NCBI GenBank assembly: GCA_965222115.1
Contig: CBDCTJ010000007.1
Span: 2,496,001 to 2,560,000, forward strand
Length of the DNA: 64,000 nt
Direction: 5' to 3'
Source of the DNA: Planctomycetota bacterium
GTDB taxonomy: Bacteria; Planctomycetota; PLA2; JAEUHO01
Part shown: positions 10,350 to 19,160 of the stretch, piece by piece
Layout: the number at the start of each line of letters is the position of its first letter
How positions within the stretch are numbered: position 1 is the stretch's first letter
Position numbers and translations under genes: made by a program
The notes under the pieces: model-generated
Seen by the model: only the letters and a program-made list of their open reading frames with translations
The model's database searches: none
Told to the model about the DNA's origin: nothing

Positions 10350-11466
10350 TCTCAAGTCTGCGCGACACGTGTGCACGCATGGCTTTGTGGGCATCGGCGA
10401 GCGAAAACTGTTCTACCAGTCGATCGAATAGCGCTTGTCCCAACGCCGCATGGGCTCCAGGGGCTTGACTGAGCACTAGCATGAGACGATTTCGAAGTGC
10501 TTGCATGTCGCCCGCTGGAACGGTGTTGCCTAGATCACCCAAGACTTCGGGTATTCCGCCGGCATTCGAGGCGACGATTGGTCGCTTTGCGGCCATGGCC
10601 TCCAAGAGCACCATGCCAAAACCCTCCTCGTGGCTGGGATGCACAAACACGTCAAAGGCGCGCATGAACTTGTGCGCCTCGGGGATGTGTCCCATCCACG
10701 TTACGCGGTTGGCAATGCCGAGCCGCCCTGCTTGGGCCTCAAGCGCTTCGCGTTCTGGGCCGTCTCCCAGGATGACCAACTGCGACTCTCGAAATTCGTC
10801 GCTGCTCAAGGCGTCGAGCAACGTGTGGATGCCCTTGCCGGGAACGAGGCGTGACACTACGCCCAGTATGCGCCCATCAAACTCGTCAATTCCCAGTGCC
10901 GCGCGAGCTTCTTCGCGATCGAGCTGCGCGTTTCGAATGGCTTCTACATCCAACGCGTTGGGAATGATCTCGATTCGATCCTTGTCGATGCCGTGTTCGA
11001 TGAGATCGGTTTGCACGGCGTTGGAAATGGCCACGAATGACCAGCGATCATCGAGAAACTTGCGAACGCGTGTCTTTCTACGACGTTTGCGCATGGTCCC
11101 ACGACCATGCACGACGACGATGCCGGTCTTGTACTCACTAGCCAGCGCGCGACTCGCGAGAATGGCGCCACGCATGCGATGGGCAATTATGCAATCGAAC
11201 GGTTGCTTATTCGTATGTACCTCAAGGGCCTCGCGCATGGCGCGTTCGAGCACAGTCCGCCGCGATCCCTTGAGGTTCGCTTTCTGCGCATTCAGGCAGA
11301 TGCCTTCCCTTTGCGCACCTTTGCCTTCCTGATGGGGGGCGAGCAAGTAAAGCGGGAGCGAGGCGTATTCTGGCGGCGCGAACGCATCGAGCAGTCGATA
11401 CGCCAAGTTGTTTACATCGGGATCGTACCGAAACGAAATGTGCAGGATGTGGGGTGGCTTAGACAC
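10339..11466 (-). CDS. glycosyltransferase family 4
   Basis: RLVPGKG, GDGP, EEGFGMVLLEAMAA (EX7E), GGIPEV; start uncertain. Confidence 0.9.
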   Translation of the reverse strand: MSKPPHILHISFRYDPDVNNLAYRLLDAFAPPEYASLPLYLLAPHQEGKGAQREGICLNAQKANLKGSRRTVLERAMREALEVHTNKQPFDCIIAHRMRGAILASRALASEYKTGIVVVHGRGTMRKRRRKTRVRKFLDDRWSFVAISNAVQTDLIEHGIDKDRIEIIPNALDVEAIRNAQLDREEARAALGIDEFDGRILGVVSRLVPGKGIHTLLDALSSDEFRESQLVILGDGPEREALEAQAGRLGIANRVTWMGHIPEAHKFMRAFDVFVHPSHEEGFGMVLLEAMAAKRPIVASNAGGIPEVLGDLGNTVPAGDMQALRNRLMLVLSQAPGAHAALGQALFDRLVEQFSLADAHKAMRAHVSRRLETTP

Positions 11467-12349
11467 GGTGCAGCAATCGGTGGAGTGCTCTGTGAACGCG
11501 CAAGGCACTCAGGTTGAACTTCCATTGCTTCACACCCATGCGTGTGGGCAGTGAAAAGCGCGGCGCCACGACTTCACCCGGTGCAAAGGCGGGTCGCCAA
11601 TAGCACGCACTGCTCTGTTTTCGGAAGATCGAGAGCGTGGGGGTCCCCAGCGCGGAGGCAAGGTGACCCACGCCTGAGTCGACGGCGACGAGTGCGCGAA
11701 CTGACGCGAGAACGCGTGCGAGATCCATGAGCGTAGGCGTGGGTGCGACGTTGATGTCGGCTCCGAGCGCAGATTTCAATGCGTCAACCTGTTCGTGCGC
11801 CGCGATCCACTCGACATCGAAGCCATCGTCGGCTAGTCGATTACTCAATCGACGATAGCCGGTCATGCGCCAGTCCTTTACCTTGTGGGCGCTCATGGGA
11901 TGGATCGCAATCACATTTGCGCGTCGCGTATCCCAATTGGGTGGTGCATTGATGCCGGACGTGTAGGGCTCTTCGAGCCCAAACCCCCAAGCCTGGATCA
12001 TGCGCGCGCTGAGGCTTGCCAAGTGATGCACGGTTCGATTGCCGTAGCGCTTGCGATAAAGAATGCGCTGATCGTTCGGTGGTAGATCCGCCTCCGCAGA
12101 AACGTAGCTCTTGCTGCCCACGAATACGCGTCCAGATGAATGGACGATGGCTTGCAGGGATTCGCCGAGGGGCGTGGGCTCAATCGTGTGGTTCGGGTAG
12201 AGTGCCGCGGTAGGCAGGAGTGCGTTTGAGTAGACCACCGACGCATGGCCGAGGTCGCGCGCACGTTCGGCCATCGCCATGGTGAGCACTGCGTCGCCCA
12301 GCCCCTGCGCGCAGAGAAATTGAATCGGAGGCGACGATTCGTTCGTCAT
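11459..12349 (-). CDS. glycosyltransferase family 9 (heptosyltransferase-like)
   Basis: GLGDAV, IHP....K.W, DSGVGHLASALGTPT. Confidence 0.85.
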   Translation of the reverse strand: MTNESSPPIQFLCAQGLGDAVLTMAMAERARDLGHASVVYSNALLPTAALYPNHTIEPTPLGESLQAIVHSSGRVFVGSKSYVSAEADLPPNDQRILYRKRYGNRTVHHLASLSARMIQAWGFGLEEPYTSGINAPPNWDTRRANVIAIHPMSAHKVKDWRMTGYRRLSNRLADDGFDVEWIAAHEQVDALKSALGADINVAPTPTLMDLARVLASVRALVAVDSGVGHLASALGTPTLSIFRKQSSACYWRPAFAPGEVVAPRFSLPTRMGVKQWKFNLSALRVHRALHRLLHRV

Positions 12350-12449
12350 GGCACACGCCGATGAGCACGCGACGCCTCAAAGGCGGGCGTCGCGAAACTC
12401 AAGATCAAGCGCTGAGCGGCAGTGTTGAGGTGCGGGTTGAGGTGCTGAG

Positions 12450-12677
12450 TTAGCGACCGCGCGGGCGACACACGCGGCGCTCGGTCTCGTTGCAACCGGG
12501 CCAGTTGGTCGTGTAGGTGCCGTCGAGAATGTCGCACTCTTTGTAGTAGCCCCAGCCGTCTTCACAGCGCGCGCAACATCCGGTCATCGCACCGCCGAGC
12601 AGCGCGAGAACGAGAACGCAGACTGTCTTGCCAATGAATGCTCTGCCTAGGAATGCTTGGTTGAACATGGACCGCAT
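12450..12677 (-). CDS. small cysteine-rich lipoprotein
   Basis: GGAGG RBS, hydrophobic signal, MTG-C lipobox, 6 Cys in the ~42-aa mature part. Confidence 0.6.
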   Translation of the reverse strand: MRSMFNQAFLGRAFIGKTVCVLVLALLGGAMTGCCARCEDGWGYYKECDILDGTYTTNWPGCNETERRVCRPRGR

Positions 12678-12815
12678 CGGTGCCTCCTCCGAAGTAGGCC
12701 TGCAGCAATGAAACCGCCGCCTATCTATGCCCTTCGGCTGGATTTGGTCCCGACCAAAGCCCGTTTGCCCATTGCCAGCGTCCATTTCCCCATTATTGGG
12801 GTGTCTTGAGGCTAC

Positions 12816-13124
12816 CTACGCCTTTTCCATGGACGCCACGAGTGGAAATCCACGGGGTCGGGCCAGCGAGCGAACTTGCTCCACATAGAGCTCGGCGCGC
12901 TCAAAATTCGTAACCACGATCAGCGCCGACCCGGTGTGATGAATCTCATAGGTGAGCCGCACGGCCTCGGCCTGGGCTTTGTGGAAGATCTTCTTGAGCA
13001 AGGAAATGACGAACTCGATCGTGGTCACGTCGTCGTCGTGGAGCAAGACCTTCCACTGTGGCGCAAGAGCGGTTTTCTCTTCCGTTTCCGACTCGGGGAC
13101 CAGGACCGGGGCTTCAGTACTCAC
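12816..13124 (-). CDS. clpS: ATP-dependent Clp protease adaptor ClpS
   Basis: WKVLLHDDD.TT.EFV..L..IF, IH..G, AE, FPL motifs. Confidence 0.9.
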   Translation of the reverse strand: MSTEAPVLVPESETEEKTALAPQWKVLLHDDDVTTIEFVISLLKKIFHKAQAEAVRLTYEIHHTGSALIVVTNFERAELYVEQVRSLARPRGFPLVASMEKA

Positions 13125-13163
13125 GCCACCGACTATAGCGGATTGGGGGCCCTGGTGGGGAAA

Positions 13164-15560
13164 TCACATGTCAATCTCTACGCCCACCACGATGTTGCGG
13201 CCGGGTTCGTTCTGGCCCGAGCCGTGAACGCGGTAGTACTCGTCGAGGATGTTCTCGACGCCCGCCGTGATGTAGAGGTTGTCCTGTACGCGATAGCCAG
13301 CGCGCAAATTGAGGATATTCCAGCTCGGCGTGCCGCCGGGAGGGATGCGGCGTGTGTCGGCTCTGTCGCGAAGCGACAGGCGGTCTTCCTTCGCAGAGGC
13401 AAACCACTCTAGCTGCGCGAAGAGGTCGCCGTTCTTGTAGGGGTCGTAGCGCAACGCCACCATGCCGCTGAGCGGTTTCATACGGCTGAGGGGACTGTCT
13501 ACGAGATCCCCGGAGGCGGCGTCAAACTCCTGCACCTCAGCATCCATGTACGAGACGTGACCGAAGAGCGTGAATGCGGGATGAAAGCGCCACGCGGCCT
13601 CGACATCGATGCCATACGCCCATCCGTCTCCGATGTTGTCCTTGCGGACTTCCGGGACGCCGTCAATGAGTGCACCGGTGGGGGAGCGGATGATCGTGTT
13701 GTCCAAACCGGTATACCAAAGCGCCGTTCGTAGACGCGCATTGTCCGTCGTTACTCGATGCCCCAACTCAACTGACCACATATCCTCTGCGTCAAGATCC
13801 GGAGCGGGCGTCTCTACCACGCTGCTGCTTTCTAACGACGTCAAGTCGTGCAGGGAAGGTGGGCGAAAGCCCGTGGATGCGCGCGCATAGAATTCACGGC
13901 CACAGCCGAGGTTGTAGTCCACACCCAGCGAGCCGGTCAGCTGCGACCATGACCCATCGACGGAAATGATGTTGCCCGGTGTAAGCGGATCGGCTCCGGC
14001 CACGGCCGGATTATCTACGCGATCGGCGTTGGCGGAGGCATACGTAAAGCGAAGTCCGCCAATGAACGTCCAGCGACCGTAGGGAATCTTTTGCTCGACA
14101 AACGCGGCAAGTAGGTCGTAACTTGCGTCGTCACCCATCGGACCCTGAACATTGCGAGCGGGGGCGCTGCCCGGCCGGAAGTCGGTACGAAACGTGTCGG
14201 CATCATCGTGGTAATACGACAAGCCATACGTCAGCGGGCCGATGCCGGTACGCTGTGTGACGTAGGTTTCCAATCCAATCTGTTGCAGTGTAAAACTCGA
14301 GAGATCACGTCGTCCGCCCGTACGAAGTCGATCTCGTTCTTCCTCGTGGTGGTGAAAACTCAGGCGAATGTCGGCCTCTTGAATGAACCCTCGTGTTGAT
14401 GGTGCTTCGTAGTGAGCCGACGTATACGCCAGGATGCGCCGTTGGTCGTGATCGCGCTTGAGTTCGGATCCGACCGATGTGCCTTTGAACGAAATCGCAT
14501 CGACTGTGCGTTCCGTGCGCGGCGCGTCGGTTTGATTGAGGTACTGAAAGCCTGCCGCGACATGCCATCCGCCGCCAATGAGCCCGTCAACTCGAAAGTC
14601 GGCGGCGTGTTCATCGGCCCCACCGGTACCCGGCAATCGAGTGTCATCGCCTGCGACGATATCCCCATACACCTTGCGTGTGTAGCCAGCAAACCAACCG
14701 AAGTTGCCACAGTTGCCCTCGCGCTCCATGCGGTCATAGAACGCGCGTTCCGCGGACGCGTATCGCATGATATTTCGCGTGTTCGTGTGGCGACCGGGTT
14801 CGAAACTACGGCGCTGTTTGGGCGTGACGCGAATCGTGCCGCCCCAGGCGTCACTTCCGTAACGCACGGAATGGGGTCCGCGGTCGATGTCGATGCGCTC
14901 AATGCTGTAGGGATCGATGGTGCTCCAGTACTGCACGGGGCCGGCTCGAAATGCGCTGTTGTTTAGACGCAGGCCGTCTATCAACATCACGTTCTTGTAG
15001 CCTGTGAAGCCACGAACGAAAGGCGAGGCCTGGAGGGGTGCTGTTTTTTGAATCAACACGCCTGGTACGCGGGAAAGAGCGTCGGGGACCGAGCGCACCA
15101 TGACCTCGCGCGTGAGCACTTGTTCCGACATCGCGTCAACAAGTGCCGGTGATGGAGTACTCGTGGCAGGAGCCGGTTGGGGCGCGGGTGTAGTGGGCGC
15201 TGCGAGAGGCGTGGGCTGTGCAGGTGCCGGAGACGCTTGGGGTTCCACATAGGGCCCTGGTGGCAAGGCGTAGGGTGTGGTCGGCGACGGCCCGATGGTG
15301 GTGGGCGGTATGCGCGGCGCCTCGATTTCGATGGGATCCAACTCTTGAGGGGCGAAATCTTGAGAAGCCAAATCTTGAGAATGCTGTGTCGGCGCAGATT
15401 CCGACGTCGTCTCGTCGCCATATCCGGTCGACCCAAAGGAACCAAGCACCAGAATCGCGAAGCATGCGCACCGGAGGCGAAATCCACATCTCGGGTACGA
15501 TTGCTCGCCGTAGTCTCGCAGCACCTGCTGTCCCTCCCGGACGGTTGCTTGTGTACGCAA
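13164..15560 (-). CDS. TonB-dependent receptor
   Basis: Plug motifs PGV, IDG, IERIDIDRGP.SV.YG.DA.GG; C-terminal ENILDE.Y...PGRN; Pro-rich N-terminal linker. Confidence 0.9.
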   Translation of the reverse strand: MRTQATVREGQQVLRDYGEQSYPRCGFRLRCACFAILVLGSFGSTGYGDETTSESAPTQHSQDLASQDFAPQELDPIEIEAPRIPPTTIGPSPTTPYALPPGPYVEPQASPAPAQPTPLAAPTTPAPQPAPATSTPSPALVDAMSEQVLTREVMVRSVPDALSRVPGVLIQKTAPLQASPFVRGFTGYKNVMLIDGLRLNNSAFRAGPVQYWSTIDPYSIERIDIDRGPHSVRYGSDAWGGTIRVTPKQRRSFEPGRHTNTRNIMRYASAERAFYDRMEREGNCGNFGWFAGYTRKVYGDIVAGDDTRLPGTGGADEHAADFRVDGLIGGGWHVAAGFQYLNQTDAPRTERTVDAISFKGTSVGSELKRDHDQRRILAYTSAHYEAPSTRGFIQEADIRLSFHHHEEERDRLRTGGRRDLSSFTLQQIGLETYVTQRTGIGPLTYGLSYYHDDADTFRTDFRPGSAPARNVQGPMGDDASYDLLAAFVEQKIPYGRWTFIGGLRFTYASANADRVDNPAVAGADPLTPGNIISVDGSWSQLTGSLGVDYNLGCGREFYARASTGFRPPSLHDLTSLESSSVVETPAPDLDAEDMWSVELGHRVTTDNARLRTALWYTGLDNTIIRSPTGALIDGVPEVRKDNIGDGWAYGIDVEAAWRFHPAFTLFGHVSYMDAEVQEFDAASGDLVDSPLSRMKPLSGMVALRYDPYKNGDLFAQLEWFASAKEDRLSLRDRADTRRIPPGGTPSWNILNLRAGYRVQDNLYITAGVENILDEYYRVHGSGQNEPGRNIVVGVEIDM

Positions 15561-15611
15561 TTATTGCGCATACGCGCAACGTAACGAAGATCCTAATTGG
15601 GGGTTCGCAAC

Positions 15612-15962
15612 GTGACTCACCCCGACACGATTCTTGAGCCCATCCGTGTCCACCGCGATGGCGTGGATACAGGCGCATTGGCAGCCGGCACACCCGGCAT
15701 GCCGAGGCGCTTTCATTGGCGAAATCAAACGTACGACGTTGTTGAAGTGGGTCAGGCGGGCAAGACCACGGGTCCCTGTCGGAATGGAAGCGCTGAGCGT
15801 TACGTGCGACGACATTGGGCAGTTGTTCGTGTGAACTCGGGTGACGTCATGCGATTGACTGCCGAGCGCGGTGGGCGTCGCGGGTCGTCTCGCTGGTGGA
15901 TTACGCATCGGTGGCCTGCGGGTACCAACGAATCCCTGCGTGGCCTCGAGGCTACGAGGTAG
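15612..15962 (+). CDS. DUF6504-like small protein
   Basis: P..F.WR...Y.V.EV, ERYVRRHW..V, RWW pattern. Confidence 0.6.
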   Translation: MTHPDTILEPIRVHRDGVDTGALAAGTPGMPRRFHWRNQTYDVVEVGQAGKTTGPCRNGSAERYVRRHWAVVRVNSGDVMRLTAERGGRRGSSRWWITHRWPAGTNESLRGLEATR

Positions 15963-16048
15963 TAGCCGCCTGTTAATTGCTGGTTTCGTTCGGTCGATAG
16001 GGGGCGCGAACCTCTGCGGAAGAACCGCGATTTCGTGCGGAGTCCCCC

Positions 16049-16969
16049 ATGTCGATTGTGTTTCGTGTAACTACGGGTCTCGCGGCGGTCCTGTTTTTCG
16101 GAACGTCGGTGTATGCCAAGTCATTTGACGTCGACGACGCGGGCGTCAAATTCAATCTACCTCTTGGATACTCATTCGCACAGTGCACAACGGGTGGCGG
16201 TACCTGAGGACGCTCCTCCACCCGTTCGTTGAACGGATTGAAGGTAGAGGGCCAGCCTTCCGTATACATCTACACCGGACCGAATGATTCGGGGTTTGTC
16301 TTGATCAAGGCCGATCTTGACTCGGGTGACGATGGTCCGAGTCGCGACCAGTTTCGAACCAAGCTGGAACAGGGTGCGAAGAAGGCAGAAGATAGCGGTC
16401 AACTTGCGGATGTGCGGGTCGTATCTCGCACGATCAAGGGTGCCGGTGGCCCCGCATTTGAAGTTGTTGGGACCGGCGAGCAACTCGGCGAAACGATGAC
16501 ACTTCGGACGTTGGCCGTGCTCTCAAACGACCGGGCCTACGTGTTCATTGCGACGGGCGACTCCGACACGAGCCTGGTTGCTGAACACGAATGGAGTTCG
16601 TTTCTCGCGAGTCTTGAAGTGAACACCGACAGCGGCATCCTTCCCCCGTGGGCACTCTACGGATTGGGCGGACTCGCCCTGCTTGGATTGTTGCTCTTGC
16701 TGCAAGGCAAAGGCTCGCCCTCGACGCGTCCCTACGTCGCTTCTCGGGCTTCATCGGCGGTTTCCAATGGGGGCGCCCGATCGCGCGCGACGGATGGATT
16801 GCCGAGGTACGACGGAGGCCCCTTGCAACGTCCCCATCTAGATTCACATCCGAGTGCGTTGCCTACACAGCGTCCGCTTGGGGTTGCGCGCACGTTACCG
16901 CCCCTCAAGCCATCGCGTCCGACGCCCCCTGGACTCTCGCGCACCATTCCCAGCCAAGACGGTCCATAG
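16049..16969 (+). CDS. exported membrane-anchored protein with in-frame TGA (candidate selenoprotein; otherwise nonsense-interrupted gene)
   Basis: GGAG RBS 16039-16042; ATG 16049 encodes signal peptide MSIVFRVTTGLAAVLFFGTSVYA; TGA 16205-16207 is in frame with downstream ORF 16229-16969; C-terminal TM helix and Pro-rich tail. Confidence 0.65.
16208..16252 (+). promoter_or_regulatory. putative bacterial SECIS element
   Basis: Stem CCGTTC(16222-27)/GAACGG(16231-36), GTT loop starting with G, 20 nt after TGA; lower stem CCTCCA/TGAAGG. Confidence 0.5.
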
Positions 16970-17043
16970 TTCCCAACGAAGCAACACCATCGAGGATCCC
17001 CAAGACCGCGGTACCATGTCGTTATCGAACTGGAGGTGTCCTC

Positions 17044-17520
17044 ATGGCCCGTCATCCGTGGATCTTGTTACTCGTCGCCTGTTTCTTCGTGCCTCAACTT
17101 GCGGGTTGCGGTAGTGACGAGGCGAGTGCCTACACCGAAGCCGAGCAACAGGCGATTCGTGAGGCCGATGCGAAGCGCGATATCGGATTGCCCGTGTGGT
17201 GCAAGGTTCGTAAGAAGGGTTGGGTCGATGGCGAGCCTGCCCAGTGCCCAGCGTGTGTTCAACAGGCGCTCAAGGAACTCTCCGACAAGAAAGACGCCGC
17301 GAAGATTGCCTCCAAGGCTGCGGAAGAAGCGCGTGGCCCGAAGTGCAGTTGCGAGAGTTGCGAATCGGGTAAGACGAATCCGGAAACGCATGCGAAACAA
17401 GAGTTCTACGATGGGTTCAGGATCCCCACGACTGAGGATGCCAAGACCGACACGCAAGCGGAACCCAAGAACAAGGCCGAATCCAAGAACAAGGACGATG
17501 CGTCCTCGGTTGACGAGTAG
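17044..17520 (+). CDS. hypothetical lipoprotein with Cys motifs
   Basis: GGAGGT RBS; lipobox LAG-C; WC, CPAC, CSCESC; charged tail. Confidence 0.7.
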   Translation: MARHPWILLLVACFFVPQLAGCGSDEASAYTEAEQQAIREADAKRDIGLPVWCKVRKKGWVDGEPAQCPACVQQALKELSDKKDAAKIASKAAEEARGPKCSCESCESGKTNPETHAKQEFYDGFRIPTTEDAKTDTQAEPKNKAESKNKDDASSVDE

Positions 17521-17549
17521 GGCGTGACGAGACTGCACGCATTTCATCG

Positions 17550-18497
17550 ATGAGCGGCGGCCCGCCCGAACCTTCGTGGTTTCGCACCCAGTTCGCCGAT
17601 GTCATAAAAGCGGCGGAAGCAGCCGGGTGGACGATTCAAGAGAATCGATCAATCGCCTACGGTCGCCTTACGCGCTGGATTGACCCCGGTGGAGGCAAGG
17701 CCACCCTCGCGTGCTACTTCGGCAAGAAGGGGTTTCGCGCGGTTCCGGGCGGCGCCCAGGGGAACACGCTCGCTGCCGTTCTTGAACTCGACGGAGCTAA
17801 GCCCAAGAGTGCGTCAACCAAGCGCAGGGTTGAATCTGAGACCGATCCCTTCGACGCGGGCTTCCCGCGTATCGGTGCCGATGAATCGGGCAAAGGCGAC
17901 TACTTCGGTCCGTTGGTTGTGGCGTCCTTCTATTTGGAAGCACACGTTGTTCCCGAACTTGCCAAACTTGGGGTGACCGACAGCAAGGCGCTCTCGGATC
18001 GACGAATACAAAGCATCGCAGGCGTGCTGGAACGCATAGGGGCTTGTGAAGTTCGCGTGCTGCAACCGGTGGAGTACAACCCGGCCTATGACGACATTCG
18101 AAACATCAATACGCTGCTGAGTCAGGAGCACGGCGCGTGCATCTCTGCGCTTGCAAAGCAAGCAAACGTGCGTCCTGCGTCGATCGTGGTGGACCGCTAC
18201 AGTGTGAAAACGAAGCCCCTGGAGTCCGCGATCCAACTTCCCGGCGCGACGTCATGGCCTCGCCTCATCACAGAACCTAAGGGCGAGCGGGATCCAGCCG
18301 TTGCGGCGGCGAGCATCTTGGCCCGCGCAGCATTCTTAGATGGCCTGAGCGACCTCAACAACGAGTACGGCGTCACGTTTCCTCCCGGCGCCGGCGCTCC
18401 CGTCCTCAAAGCGGGGAAGGCTTTCGTGCGCGACTTCGGACGCGAGCGATTGCATGGTGTGGCGAAAGTTCATTTCAAAACGACGCAGCAATTGTAG
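17550..18497 (+). CDS. rnhC: ribonuclease HIII
   Basis: IGADESGKGDYFGPLVV, DSK, VAAASILAR, AKVHFKT; N-terminal extension as in RNase HIII. Confidence 0.88.
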   Translation: MSGGPPEPSWFRTQFADVIKAAEAAGWTIQENRSIAYGRLTRWIDPGGGKATLACYFGKKGFRAVPGGAQGNTLAAVLELDGAKPKSASTKRRVESETDPFDAGFPRIGADESGKGDYFGPLVVASFYLEAHVVPELAKLGVTDSKALSDRRIQSIAGVLERIGACEVRVLQPVEYNPAYDDIRNINTLLSQEHGACISALAKQANVRPASIVVDRYSVKTKPLESAIQLPGATSWPRLITEPKGERDPAVAAASILARAAFLDGLSDLNNEYGVTFPPGAGAPVLKAGKAFVRDFGRERLHGVAKVHFKTTQQL

Positions 18498-18511
18498 GTA
18501 TCCGTTCAACG

Positions 18512-19141
18512 CTACGTATTCGTTGCGCGTTCAATCAACTTTGCGAGGCGGTGCTCCTTGGTGTGGGCGTAGAGATCGAACGCGATCTTGATCAGTACGA
18601 GTATGACCAAAACGCCTGACGCGCCGCCGACGGTCATCACAAAGAATCCACCGAAAATGAGCGCGACGTGCATGGCAACTACGCGCAGGTAGGCCCTCGT
18701 CATCACATCGAACGTGGACAGGTTTTGAGCTTCCTTGCCTCGTAAGAAATTGAGCACGAACGATATGCCATGACTGGCAAACATGGCGCCGAGTACGAAG
18801 GACCAATGCGGTTTGAGGGCGCCCAATTGCTTTGGTATGACATCCCATGGCGCGAAGGTCATGCCCTCCTCTGAGGTAAACTGCCCCAGAAAGGCGGCGT
18901 GGACGAACATGAACAGGCCAAAGTGCACGCAGAAGAATGGTATGAGCGCGATGGACGACCAGCCCGCGACGAATGGCAGTTTGAGTATGGCGTAAAACCC
19001 AATGATGACGGTTTCTGCCCAGTACAGATGCAGCACCATTCCGATGTCCCACCCTTGAAACAGCACGCCGTAGATCGGTATGAGATTGACTAGAATGAGC
19101 GAGAGAATGGCGAACGGGTGAGAGCCACGCGCATTGGGCAT
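18512..19141 (-). CDS. DUF6498-like membrane protein
   Basis: NLIP..GVLF.GW, LYWAE, FF.VHFG.F..VH, Y.RVV.MH, K..FD. Confidence 0.8.
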   Translation of the reverse strand: MPNARGSHPFAILSLILVNLIPIYGVLFQGWDIGMVLHLYWAETVIIGFYAILKLPFVAGWSSIALIPFFCVHFGLFMFVHAAFLGQFTSEEGMTFAPWDVIPKQLGALKPHWSFVLGAMFASHGISFVLNFLRGKEAQNLSTFDVMTRAYLRVVAMHVALIFGGFFVMTVGGASGVLVILVLIKIAFDLYAHTKEHRLAKLIERATNT

Positions 19142-19160
19142 GAGGAGTTCCAGAAATTCG

